Shown: positions 1-9,565 of the stretch, in pieces
How the letters are laid out: each line of letters begins with the position of its first letter
Numbering within the stretch: the stretch's first letter is position 1
Source: an uncultured Thermoplasmatales archaeon
GTDB lineage: Archaea > Thermoplasmatota > E2 > DHVEG-1
DNA: 64,000 bases
Assembly: GCA_964346655.1 (NCBI GenBank)
Contig: CAYFVP010000055.1
Location: 5,028-69,027 of the forward strand
Direction of reading: 5' to 3'
Made by a program: the position numbers and the translations under genes
Notes under the pieces: generated by a model
Told to the model about the DNA's origin: nothing
What the model saw: only the letters and a program-made list of their open reading frames with translations
Databases searched by the model: none

Positions 1-585
1 AAAAGAGAGCGTATTAACAATTTCTTGGATGAGGAAAGAGATTATAGTGGAAACATCTCCGTATTACATCTTCTGGAATTTTTACGGGACGAAATTGGAT
101 TCGATAAGGTCAAAGACAAGGTTAAGAGGCCATTAAATGGCTTGAAGTTGTCCTCTTACTATGGTTGCCTTTTGTTGCGACCAGACGGCATAGGAATAGA
201 TGACATTGAAGCTCCAAGGGTAATGGAGAACCTTCTCGAGGCTTTGGGCGGCGAGGTGGTTGAAAGTCCATTTAAGATCGAATGTTGCGGCTCATACCAC
301 ACTGTTGATGATATCGAACCTGTAGTCGAGCGAACAAAAATTATAATCGACGCTATTAGTTCTAGGGGAGCAGAAGCCATTGTTGTTGCTTGCCCATTAT
401 GCTTTTTCAATCTAGATTATCGCCAAAAAAATGTGGAGTTGAAAAACAGAGTTTTCACTAGGATTCCGGTTTTTTATTTTACTCAACTTTTGGCAGTCGC
501 GTTGGGATTAGGCGACGATGTCTGTGATTTCGACCTTAATTATGTAGATCCACGACCTCTTTTAGTTAAAAAGAGATTGATTTAA
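1..585 (+). CDS. HdrB/SdhE/TfrB-like CCG-domain iron-sulfur protein (C-terminal part; frame open to window start, so probably 5'-partial)
   Basis: CCG cysteine-rich motif (ECCGSYH ... VVACPLCFFN); the frame has no stop back to position 1, and the first in-frame start is a TTG at 25. Confidence 0.55.
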   Translation, partial: KRERINNFLDEERDYSGNISVLHLLEFLRDEIGFDKVKDKVKRPLNGLKLSSYYGCLLLRPDGIGIDDIEAPRVMENLLEALGGEVVESPFKIECCGSYHTVDDIEPVVERTKIIIDAISSRGAEAIVVACPLCFFNLDYRQKNVELKNRVFTRIPVFYFTQLLAVALGLGDDVCDFDLNYVDPRPLLVKKRLI

Positions 586-603
586 AAAGAGAAATGATGA
601 AAA

Positions 604-1395
604 ATGAATAAAACAGGTCTTACTAAAGAAGGACATCCGGTGGATCCTCTGCTTAACACAGAATCAATACCATCTGGATGGTGTTCAGGCTGTGGAATTG
701 GCATGGTGGTCAATACCTTTGTTCAGGCAGTCAATAAAATGGATCTTGATGCTAAAAATATACATATAGTTTCGTCGGGTATCGGTTGCACAGGAAAGAT
801 TGACCAGCATTTAAGCTTTAAATCAGATAAGATAACCGATAGTAACGTAATTGCCTACGCAACAGATTTAGCAGCTAAAAAACCATATATAAAAGCGGTT
901 CTCTTCTTAAACGACACCGATTTCATTGCATCAAATATAGACGATTTTATAAAAGCTGGAAAGAAAGGAGCAAGAATCGTTGTGATATACATAAACAACT
1001 ACATCTATCGGATTTTTATGGAATGTAAAGGCCTGTCACAAACCCCATTTTTAAAAGAATCATCTAAAGATAAAATCGTATCCCCATTCAATATACCACA
1101 CTTAGCTAAATTGAGTGGTGCCGATTATATTGCAAGATGGACGCAATTACATATTCGTAGACTCATGTTTTCAATAAAAGATGCGCTTTCAACAGAGGGC
1201 TTTTCTGTGATCGAGGTTATAGCACCCTGCTTGATGTATTATATTAACACTATAAATTTAGGGAAAACGATTGATAGAATGGGGTTTTTTGAGGAAACTT
1301 CGATTATAAAACATCGCGAACCGACAGAGAATCTTGATCTTAGAAATCAGAAAGAGATCATAGTTGGAAGATTTGTGTGGAGGGAAGAGAATTGA
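604..1395 (+). CDS. KorB/PorB-like 2-oxoacid:ferredoxin oxidoreductase beta-subunit homolog, TPP-binding motif degenerate (paralog 1)
   Basis: WCSGCGIG, SGIGCTGK, YIARWT and IEVIAPC blocks align to the genuine KorB in this window, but GDGD is replaced by NDTD and YGMTGGQ is lost. Confidence 0.6.
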   Translation: MNKTGLTKEGHPVDPLLNTESIPSGWCSGCGIGMVVNTFVQAVNKMDLDAKNIHIVSSGIGCTGKIDQHLSFKSDKITDSNVIAYATDLAAKKPYIKAVLFLNDTDFIASNIDDFIKAGKKGARIVVIYINNYIYRIFMECKGLSQTPFLKESSKDKIVSPFNIPHLAKLSGADYIARWTQLHIRRLMFSIKDALSTEGFSVIEVIAPCLMYYINTINLGKTIDRMGFFEETSIIKHREPTENLDLRNQKEIIVGRFVWREEN

Positions 1396-2189
1396 GTGGA
1401 ACTAATATAACAACAGTAAGTCGCAAAGGACAACACCCAATCAATTCTTTTTTTTCACCAGATTTAATGCCATCTGTTTGGTGTCCAGGTTGTGGAATAG
1501 GTACAATTATATATACATTCGTTCAGGCAGTCGAAGAGATAAACGCTGATCCAGACAAAATATGTATAGTATCTGGCATCGGTTGCACAGGAAAAATTGC
1601 CATGTACTTGAATTTTGGTTCACATGAAACAACTGAGGGCAATGTAATTGCTTATGCCGCAGACTTGGCGGCTAAAAAAAAGGATATAAAGATAATTGTC
1701 TTTACAAATAATGCTGACTTTCTTTTATCCAGTAAAAAAGATTTTCTTGACATTGGAAAGAAAAGGACGAATCTTCTTGTGATACATATTAACAATATTA
1801 TATATTGCATTACAGAAAACAAAGCTATTCCAACATCACCATTCCTAAGAGCATCTTCCGATAATAATTTTGAGTTGCCATTCAACATTCCTCATTTAGC
1901 GAAATCGAGTGGGGCGGGGTATGTTGCACGATGGACACCACTCCGCGCAGGATGGTTGAAGTATTCAATTATTGAGGCCCTTTCAATGCGAGCCCTATCA
2001 GTAATTGAAGTGGTATCGCCTTGTATAGAGTATTATACATTTACAAATAAAATTGGAGATGCAGCTGATCGATTAAAGTTCTATAGTGATAATTCAGTAA
2101 TGAAACAATACGAACCTACTAAACACCTTGATCTCAGGTCTCAAAGCAAGGTCATTATAGGTAAGTTTGTAGATAAAAATGAGGGTTGA
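1377..2189 (+). CDS. KorB/PorB-like beta-subunit homolog, TPP-binding motif degenerate (paralog 2)
   Basis: WCPGCGIG, SGIGCTGK, YVARWT and IEVVSPC are conserved; GDGD is replaced by NNAD; overlaps the upstream paralog by 19 nt. Confidence 0.6.
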   Translation: MEGRELSGTNITTVSRKGQHPINSFFSPDLMPSVWCPGCGIGTIIYTFVQAVEEINADPDKICIVSGIGCTGKIAMYLNFGSHETTEGNVIAYAADLAAKKKDIKIIVFTNNADFLLSSKKDFLDIGKKRTNLLVIHINNIIYCITENKAIPTSPFLRASSDNNFELPFNIPHLAKSSGAGYVARWTPLRAGWLKYSIIEALSMRALSVIEVVSPCIEYYTFTNKIGDAADRLKFYSDNSVMKQYEPTKHLDLRSQSKVIIGKFVDKNEG

Positions 2190-2425
2190 ATAATCTTATG
2201 ACAGCCGAGATTCACATAATAAATGAACGATGCAAAGGATGCAAAATCTGCGTGGAAGTTTGTCAGACAAAAGTGTTAGATATAACCAAAGAGCCCAATC
2301 CTAGTGGATATAATCCTCCCTATGTTAAAAACCTTGAAGATTGCACCATTTGTGGACTTTGCGAAATGCTTTGCCCAGACTTTGCTATCCAAGTCTCTTA
2401 TATAGAGGAAGAAGATAATCTATGA
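2186..2425 (+). CDS. 2x[4Fe-4S] ferredoxin
   Basis: CKGCKICVEVCQ and CTICGLCEMLCP motifs; overlaps neighbours by 4 nt. Confidence 0.75.
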   Translation: MNNLMTAEIHIINERCKGCKICVEVCQTKVLDITKEPNPSGYNPPYVKNLEDCTICGLCEMLCPDFAIQVSYIEEEDNL

Positions 2426-3252
2426 AGCATACGATAACCCGTAAAGAAGCTCTAAACTCAGAGGATTTTTTAGTCGAAGTCAAAGCACCCTTAGTATCAA
2501 AAAAGTTTAAAGCCGGCCAATTTTTGATTTTGAGAATTCATGAAAAAGGCGAAAGGGTCCCACTGACTATCACTGATTGTAATCCAGAAAAAGGATTGGT
2601 AAGCATGATTGTTAAGGCAGTCGGAAAGACCACATTTGAATTGAGAAAGCTGGATAGAGGCAACTCTGTATTAGATATTGTCGGTCCTTTAGGCAATCCT
2701 TCCGAAATCGAGCAATTCGGAACTGTCGTTTGTGTCGGTGGCGGAACCGGAATCGCCTGTCTCTATCCCATCATCAAAGCCCTAAAAGCGGCTGGCAATT
2801 ATGTAATTACTATAATCGGTGCTAGAACCAAAGATAAATTGATTTGGGAGGATGAAATAAAGACAATTTGCGATGATATGATTGTAACTACTGATGACGG
2901 ATCATATGGTCATAAAGGCATTGTAACAGAATCATTGGAGGAGATACTAAAGAGTAAAACTGTCGACAGGGTAATAGCAATAGGCCCAATGATTATGATG
3001 AAATTTGTTGCTAAGATGACCAAGTCATATGGTGTAAAAACGGTGGTCAGTTTAAACACTATAATGATAGATGGTACAGGTATGTGCGGCGGATGTCGTG
3101 TATTTGTCGATGGCAAAATGAAATTCACGTGTATAGATGGACCGGAATTTGACGGACATAAGTTAAACTTTGATGAATTAATGAATCGACTAGACATGTT
3201 TAAAGAAAAAGAGAAACAAGCAATAGAACATTACAAAAGAGGTACAAAATAA
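2422..3252 (+). CDS. NfnA/SudB/PyrK-like FAD/NAD-binding oxidoreductase subunit with C-terminal 2Fe-2S (GMCGGCRV)
   Basis: ferredoxin-NADP reductase-like fold, GGGTGIA nucleotide motif, C-terminal CGGC cluster. Confidence 0.6.
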   Translation: MKHTITRKEALNSEDFLVEVKAPLVSKKFKAGQFLILRIHEKGERVPLTITDCNPEKGLVSMIVKAVGKTTFELRKLDRGNSVLDIVGPLGNPSEIEQFGTVVCVGGGTGIACLYPIIKALKAAGNYVITIIGARTKDKLIWEDEIKTICDDMIVTTDDGSYGHKGIVTESLEEILKSKTVDRVIAIGPMIMMKFVAKMTKSYGVKTVVSLNTIMIDGTGMCGGCRVFVDGKMKFTCIDGPEFDGHKLNFDELMNRLDMFKEKEKQAIEHYKRGTK

Positions 3253-4646
3253 TGGTAGATATAGGTGGAACTCGTATTCCAATGCGAGAGCAGCCGGTTC
3301 AAGATCGGATAAAAAATTTTCACTCCGTGCCGTTCGGCTACAACAAGGAAGAGGTGGTAGAAGAGGCACAGAGATGTATGATGTGTAAGCATGCCCCGTG
3401 TGAGATTAGCTGCCCAGTCCATCTGAAGATCAAGGCTATGATAAGAAAGATTGCCGAACGCAATTTTAAGGAAGCGTTTCTAATTGCTAAGCAGGATAAT
3501 CCAATCCCTGCAATCACAGGACGGGTTTGTCCGCAGGAAGATCAGTGCGAAGGTGTTTGTCCATTGGCAGAGACAAAAAACGGCATAAACATTGGTAAGT
3601 TGGAAGCATTCATAGCCGATTGGGCCATGGAACAAGGGATTACCGAGAAATTTCACATCAAGAATAGAGCAGAAAAGGTTGCAGTAATAGGTTCTGGACC
3701 TGCAGGCATTAGTTGTGCCGTGGACCTCCGTAAATTCGGTTATCAGGTAAAGATATTCGAGGCACTTCACAAAGCAGGCGGAGTACTCCAATACGGCATC
3801 CCAGCTTTTCGTTTGCCTAAGGATATTGTGGACTATGAGTTATCGTATCTAAAGGAAATAGGAGTAGATATACAGCTTAATAATATAATAGGACAAAACA
3901 TAAAGTTTAGTGAATTGCGTGATAACTTTGATGCAATTTTCATTGGTACAGGTGCAGGTGCCCCCCTGTTTGTAGGTATGGATGGAGAGAAACTCAATGG
4001 TGTTTATTCGGCCAACGAGTTTCTCATACGGGTAAATCTGATGAAAGCCTATAATTTCCCTAAACATGATACACCTATCGTTTGCGGAGATGAAGTGGGT
4101 GTTATCGGGGCAGGAAACGTTGCAATGGATGCTGCCAGATGCGCCCTTAGACTTGGTGCAAAGAATGTGTATATTTTATATAGAAGAACGAAACGAGAAT
4201 CACCAGCTAGGGATGAAGAATTACAACACGCACTTGAAGAGGGAATAATTTTCAAGGAATTAATTGCACCAACAAGGGTTTTGGGCAACAAAGAGGGTTG
4301 GGTGATAGGGATAAAACTGGCTAAAATGAAGCTTGGTGAACCTGATAAAAGCGGCCGCCCCAGACCCATAAAGATCGAGAATAGTGAGTTTACCATGAAA
4401 TTAGATACAGTTATAGAGGCTCTAGGATCCAGACCAAACAGGCTCTTTCTGGATAGAACACCTGAATTGGAAAGAAACAAATGGGGTGTGTTGGTAGTCG
4501 ACAAGGATCTTAATACGAATATAGGAGGAGTCTCTGCGGGTGGTGATGCGATAAGTGGTGGTGCTACCGTAATTCTCGCACTTGGAGAAGGAAGAGCAGC
4601 AGCAAAATCTATCCATAAATACTTATCAAAGGGGGATGATAAATGA
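3252..4646 (+). CDS. NfnB/SudA/GltD-like NAD(P)H-dependent FeS flavoprotein (glutamate synthase small-subunit family)
   Basis: N-terminal 4Fe-4S cysteines, two Rossmann GxGxxG/A motifs (VAVIGSGPAG, VGVIGAGNVA). Confidence 0.7.
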   Translation: MVDIGGTRIPMREQPVQDRIKNFHSVPFGYNKEEVVEEAQRCMMCKHAPCEISCPVHLKIKAMIRKIAERNFKEAFLIAKQDNPIPAITGRVCPQEDQCEGVCPLAETKNGINIGKLEAFIADWAMEQGITEKFHIKNRAEKVAVIGSGPAGISCAVDLRKFGYQVKIFEALHKAGGVLQYGIPAFRLPKDIVDYELSYLKEIGVDIQLNNIIGQNIKFSELRDNFDAIFIGTGAGAPLFVGMDGEKLNGVYSANEFLIRVNLMKAYNFPKHDTPIVCGDEVGVIGAGNVAMDAARCALRLGAKNVYILYRRTKRESPARDEELQHALEEGIIFKELIAPTRVLGNKEGWVIGIKLAKMKLGEPDKSGRPRPIKIENSEFTMKLDTVIEALGSRPNRLFLDRTPELERNKWGVLVVDKDLNTNIGGVSAGGDAISGGATVILALGEGRAAAKSIHKYLSKGDDK

Positions 4647-4945
4647 CGTCATTACAAGCCGCATTTGGTGCAGATAAAATCGAGATACCTTTAGGTAAAG
4701 TCCATATAGTTAAGGATAGGTGTAAAGGGTGTGGTTACTGTATAAAATATTGTCCAAGAGAGGTTTTGGAGGTTTCAGACAAGCTAAATAATAAAGGATA
4801 TTATTTTCCTCAAGTGAAAGATGAAGATACCTGCCTTAACTGTGGTCTCTGTGAACTAATTTGTCCAGAATTTGCTATTTGGTCTACATTAGAGGGGTAT
4901 ATAAAACCGAAATTGACGAAGGTGGTGGTTAATGAATCCCCCTAA
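4643..4945 (+). CDS. 2x[4Fe-4S] ferredoxin
   Basis: CKGCGYCIKYCP and CLNCGLCELICP. Confidence 0.75.
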   Translation: MTSLQAAFGADKIEIPLGKVHIVKDRCKGCGYCIKYCPREVLEVSDKLNNKGYYFPQVKDEDTCLNCGLCELICPEFAIWSTLEGYIKPKLTKVVVNESP

Positions 4946-6929
4946 ATCCGAGCCGGCAATTGGTATATTCATATGTCACTGCGGAAAGAACATCGCAACT
5001 ACCGTCGATGTTGATGAGGTAACACAGAACGTGGCAGGGCTTGAAGGTGTAGTATTTGCCGAGAATTATAAGTATATGTGTTCCGAACCAGGTCAAAAAT
5101 TGATACGCGATACGATTCGCGATAAGCGATTGACAGGGGTTGTAATCGCCGCATGTTCACCTCGCCTCCATGAAGTTACTTTTCAGCAGACCGTAGCTGC
5201 AGCAGATTTAAATCCATATCTATGTGAGATAGCTAATATCCGTGAGCAATGCAGCTGGGTGCATAAGGATAAAGAAAAGGCGACGAAAAAGGCTATTAAG
5301 ATAACTAGATCATTAGTGGAAAAGGTTAAACTCAACGACGTCCTCACACCGATTAGCATCCCTGTTATCAAAAAATGCCTGGTCATTGGAGCTGGGATAA
5401 GCGGGATGCAAGCTGCACTCGATATAGCTGACGCGGGTTTTAAGGTTATCCTAGTTGAAAAGAACTCATCGATTGGAGGGCACATGGCACAACTTTCCGA
5501 AACCTTCCCTACTCTCGATTGCTCGCAATGTATACTCACACCCAAGATGATGGAGGTTGGAAACCACCCAAATATCGAGTTATTAACTTATTCTGAAGTC
5601 GTAGAGGTCAACGGATATATTGGTAATTTCAATGTCAAGGTGAAAAAGAAACAAAGATATGTGGATATCGATAAATGTACTGGCTGTAATGAATGTACCA
5701 ACGTCTGCCCCGCTGTAGTCCCTAGTGAATTCGACGAAGGGCTTGGTTTGAGAAAGGCAATATATCTCCCCTTTCCACAAGCAGTGCCTCAAGCTTATGT
5801 TTTGGATGATCAAGCCTGCCTCGGCTTGCTTCCATTAGCATGTAGTAAGTGTATGGATGTCTGCGAGCCCGGTGCGATAGATCTAGATCAACATCCTGAA
5901 TATTTGGAAGTTGAGGTCGGCACGATTATTGTTGCTACTGGATACGAACTTCTACCAAAGGAGAATATAGGTGAGTACGGGTATGGAACATACAAAGACG
6001 TAGTCAATGGATTGCAATTTGAGCGGTTATTATCTGCTTCTGGCCCAACGTTTGGCGAGATTAGGAGGCCTTCTGATGGTAGGATCCCTAAAGAAGTTGT
6101 GTTCGTACAATGTGTTGGTTCTCGGGACCCAGAACATAGTATGCCTTATTGTTCCAAGATCTGTTGCATGTATACTGCCAAACACGCAAAGCTCTACAAA
6201 CATGCGGTTCCTGATGGTCAGGCATATGTTTTTTATATCGACATCCGCTCTGCTGGGAAGGGCTATGAAGAATTTGTGCAACAGACCATCGAAGAGGAAG
6301 GGGTCATATATTTGAGGGGCAAGGTCTCAAGAGTCTTCCGTGATGAAAAGGAAGATAAAATGATTGTCTGGGGTGTAGATACCCTTACAGGCAAGAAGAT
6401 AGAAATCGCAGCAGATATGGTGGTTCTTGCAATGGCATTGGTTCCAAGCGAGGGTATTAAGGAGCTTACTAAAAAATTGAAGATTTCAATGGACACATTT
6501 GGATTTATTACTGAAGCACATCCCAAACTGAGGCCCATCGACACTGCCACCCGAGGTATATTCCTGGCTGGTTGCAATCAAGCTCCAAAGGATATTCCAG
6601 ATACTGTTGCCCAGGCATCAGGAGCAGCTGCTAAGGCGTCGATACCGCTTCTGCAGGGAAAGATTGAACTTGATCCCCAAACCTGTACTGTAAATGAAGA
6701 TATGTGTAGTGGATGTGGAATGTGTGAATCCATATGCGGGTATGACGCTATTGAAATAATAGATGATCCGAACCATCCAAAAAAGAAAATAGCTAGAGTC
6801 AATGACGTACTATGCGAGGGTTGCGGTTCTTGTGCAGGAGCATGCCCAGCAGGTGCAATGGAACAGAAAGGATTCAAAAGCAATCAACTTCATGCGATGA
6901 TAGATGTATTTTTAACTAAAGGAGGATAA
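4932..6929 (+). CDS. hdrA: heterodisulfide reductase subunit A (HdrA) family FAD/FeS protein
   Basis: N-terminal CHCGxNI cysteine cluster, VIGAGISGMQAALD FAD motif, LDCSQCILTPKM, inserted ferredoxin domain; typical length of 665 aa. Confidence 0.8.
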   Translation: MNPPKSEPAIGIFICHCGKNIATTVDVDEVTQNVAGLEGVVFAENYKYMCSEPGQKLIRDTIRDKRLTGVVIAACSPRLHEVTFQQTVAAADLNPYLCEIANIREQCSWVHKDKEKATKKAIKITRSLVEKVKLNDVLTPISIPVIKKCLVIGAGISGMQAALDIADAGFKVILVEKNSSIGGHMAQLSETFPTLDCSQCILTPKMMEVGNHPNIELLTYSEVVEVNGYIGNFNVKVKKKQRYVDIDKCTGCNECTNVCPAVVPSEFDEGLGLRKAIYLPFPQAVPQAYVLDDQACLGLLPLACSKCMDVCEPGAIDLDQHPEYLEVEVGTIIVATGYELLPKENIGEYGYGTYKDVVNGLQFERLLSASGPTFGEIRRPSDGRIPKEVVFVQCVGSRDPEHSMPYCSKICCMYTAKHAKLYKHAVPDGQAYVFYIDIRSAGKGYEEFVQQTIEEEGVIYLRGKVSRVFRDEKEDKMIVWGVDTLTGKKIEIAADMVVLAMALVPSEGIKELTKKLKISMDTFGFITEAHPKLRPIDTATRGIFLAGCNQAPKDIPDTVAQASGAAAKASIPLLQGKIELDPQTCTVNEDMCSGCGMCESICGYDAIEIIDDPNHPKKKIARVNDVLCEGCGSCAGACPAGAMEQKGFKSNQLHAMIDVFLTKGG

Positions 6930-6932
6930 AAC

Positions 6933-7631
6933 ATGCCTAAAGACAAAAAAATGATTCCAATATATATTACCGGAAAAAAATATCTAGTCCCATATGGCCT
7001 AACCATTATGAAAGCAATGGAATATGCAGGTTATCGGTATATAAGAGGCTGTGGCTGTCGAGGTGGTTTCTGTGGCGGATGCGGGACTGTTTATAGATAT
7101 AAGGGCGACTACAAGCTTCAATCAGGTCTTGCATGTCAGACCATAGCAGAGGAGAACATGTATTTGGTCCAGATTCCGTTTTTTCCTGCAAATAAAGCTA
7201 ATTATAATTTAGATGAACTTAAGCCAGTAGGTAGCACACTCCTTAAATTATACCCTGAGCTAGCTAGATGTATTAGTTGCAATACTTGTACTAAAGTTTG
7301 CCCACAAGATATAGAGGTAATGGACTATATGCAGGCCGCACTTAAAGGTGACATCACAAGCGCCGCGGATGTATCATTCGATTGCATAATGTGCGGGTTA
7401 TGTGCAGCTCGATGTCCCGCTGAGATTGTGCAGTATAACATTGCGATACTTTGTCGTCGTTTGTATGGCAAATATATGACACCAAAAGCAGAGCATGTTA
7501 AGATAAAAGCAGCTGAAATTTCTGAGGAAAAATTCGATAAAGAACTAAAAAAACTTATGAAATCCGATATTAAGACACTTAAAAAATTGTATAATGAACG
7601 TAAAATAGAACCTGAGGAGAGTAAGAGGTAA
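6933..7631 (+). CDS. succinate dehydrogenase/fumarate reductase iron-sulfur subunit-like (FrdB/SdhB/HdrC-like)
   Basis: N-terminal 2Fe-2S-type cysteines (CGCRGGFCGGC...C), then CISCNTCTKVCP and CIMCGLCAARCP. Confidence 0.55.
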   Translation: MPKDKKMIPIYITGKKYLVPYGLTIMKAMEYAGYRYIRGCGCRGGFCGGCGTVYRYKGDYKLQSGLACQTIAEENMYLVQIPFFPANKANYNLDELKPVGSTLLKLYPELARCISCNTCTKVCPQDIEVMDYMQAALKGDITSAADVSFDCIMCGLCAARCPAEIVQYNIAILCRRLYGKYMTPKAEHVKIKAAEISEEKFDKELKKLMKSDIKTLKKLYNERKIEPEESKR

Positions 7632-7636
7632 CGAAC

Positions 7637-9256
7637 ATGTACACCAAAGATATGATAGATTCAATAAATCGCCTGAAGGAAACTCGTAGTAAAAGGATGA
7701 AGCAAGAGTTACCTTTTTTAACTTCTGAAGAGAAATATGATTTATTAAATAGATTCCATCCTGATTATAGAAAAGGGACTTTAAGAGAGCTAAAAATCGG
7801 TCCTAATAAAGGAGAGAGAGTGATACAAGAAATCGCCAACTTATTTGAAGCCTATAGCAAAATCGATCCCAATAATTTCGATATTTCAAAAATAGATTAT
7901 GACGCTGATGTTCTTGTAATCGGAGGGGGCGGTGCTGGTGCTTCAGCGGCTTTGATTGCTCAAGAGAATGGTGCGAATGTTTTGTTAGCTACCAAACTTC
8001 GATTTGGTGATTCGAATACAATGATGGCCCAAGGTGGAATTCAGGCTGCAGATAAACCGAACGACTCTCCATCCATACATTACTTAGACGTGGTTGGTGG
8101 TGGTGGATTCGATAATACGCCAGAATTAGTAAATGCTTTGGTTCGAGATGCACCTGAGGCTATTGCATGGCTCGAGGACCTTGGCGTTATGTTTGATAAA
8201 AAGAGTGATGGAACTATGATCACGATCCATGGTGGCGGCACTTCTAGAAAGAGAATGCATTCTGCTAGAGATTACACAGGTGGCGAGATAATGAAAACTT
8301 TACGGGATGAGGTCAAAAATCGGGGCATAGATGTTATTGAGTTTTCACCTGCAATCGAACTTTTAACTGATGATGGGAAATGTACAGGTGCAATATTATA
8401 TAATCTTGAGACTAATGAATATATTATAGTTCAAGCAAAAACAACTATTCTTGCTACGGGTGGTGCAGGCAGATTACATGTCCAAGATTTTCCAACATCC
8501 AACCATTACGGCGCAACAGCTGATGGATTAGTTATAGCATATCGCGCAGGCAATCCTGTCATCTTCATGGATAACATTCAATACCATCCAACAGGAGCAG
8601 CCTTTCCCGAACAAATCGTCGGTCTTCTCGTCACTGAGAAATGTAGGGGACTGGGTGCACAATTGGTAAATAACGATGGAGATAGATTCATTTATGAACT
8701 CGAAACAAGAGATATTGAATCTGCAGCCATAATTAAAGAATGTATCGAGAGAAAAAAAGGAATTAAAACACCAACTGGCATATTAGGTGTTTGGCTCGAT
8801 ACGCCCATGATCGAGATCATTCATGGGAAAGGTACAATCCAAAAGAAACTACCAGCCATGTACAGACAATATCAACGTTTCAATATAGATATGAGTAAAG
8901 AACCACTCCTTGTTTATCCGACCCAACACTTTCAGAATGGTGGGATAATTGTCAATGAAAAGGCTGAGACAAAGGTTGCAAACTTGTATGGGGCTGGAGA
9001 AGTCGAAGGCGGTGTTCACGGACGTAACAGATTAATGGGTAACTCGTTATTGGAATGCATCGTATTTGGGAGACGCGCAGGTAAGAACGCTGCTCAGAAA
9101 GCAAAAGAAATCGAGTTTAGAAAACTTACACTTCAGCATATCCAGAAATATCATATAGAATTAAAAATGGCAAATATAGCAGAGGATATAACGTCACCTA
9201 TGCTCTTACCAGATTATCGGCGAAATGAGACAATCGCAAGAATGATTGATATTTGA
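7637..9256 (+). CDS. fumarate reductase/succinate dehydrogenase flavoprotein subunit-like (FrdA/SdhA/TfrA family)
   Basis: VIGGGGAGASAAL FAD motif; C-terminal RLMGNSLLECIVFGRRAG block typical of this family. Confidence 0.75.
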   Translation: MYTKDMIDSINRLKETRSKRMKQELPFLTSEEKYDLLNRFHPDYRKGTLRELKIGPNKGERVIQEIANLFEAYSKIDPNNFDISKIDYDADVLVIGGGGAGASAALIAQENGANVLLATKLRFGDSNTMMAQGGIQAADKPNDSPSIHYLDVVGGGGFDNTPELVNALVRDAPEAIAWLEDLGVMFDKKSDGTMITIHGGGTSRKRMHSARDYTGGEIMKTLRDEVKNRGIDVIEFSPAIELLTDDGKCTGAILYNLETNEYIIVQAKTTILATGGAGRLHVQDFPTSNHYGATADGLVIAYRAGNPVIFMDNIQYHPTGAAFPEQIVGLLVTEKCRGLGAQLVNNDGDRFIYELETRDIESAAIIKECIERKKGIKTPTGILGVWLDTPMIEIIHGKGTIQKKLPAMYRQYQRFNIDMSKEPLLVYPTQHFQNGGIIVNEKAETKVANLYGAGEVEGGVHGRNRLMGNSLLECIVFGRRAGKNAAQKAKEIEFRKLTLQHIQKYHIELKMANIAEDITSPMLLPDYRRNETIARMIDI

Positions 9257-9565
9257 TGTACATTATGTATGGGTTATATGCTTATTTTAATAAAATTCTA
9301 GTATTACTAAATACGATCAGATGCTTAATCATAAATCTCCGCGATTTCAGAATATTTAATATATTTTTATCTTCCGTGAATTTGTACAACTTTCAAAGCC
9401 AGCAGATATAGCTATTGCTACAAAACATATATGAATCTCAGGTTTTAAGAATAACATTTAAATGAAAAAAAGAATAGCAAATTTAACATATAGTGATAAT
9501 ATACGGGGTCTAAATAGTTACACAATGAAACAGAATCATATAAGATATAGGAGTATAAGAATAAC

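Noticed and set aside
159-410. Antisense or alternative-frame ORFs in the six-frame track nested inside strongly supported genes. Examples: 159..410, 1652..1888, 2910..3197, 4049..4504, 5183..5545, 6578..6883, 24250..24726, 26000..26353, 31183..31767, 36551..36949, 60590..60949, 62458..62956.
   Set aside because: They lie entirely within genes carrying clear family motifs on the other strand or frame, lack SD sequences, and their translations are low-complexity mirror images. Treated as spurious.
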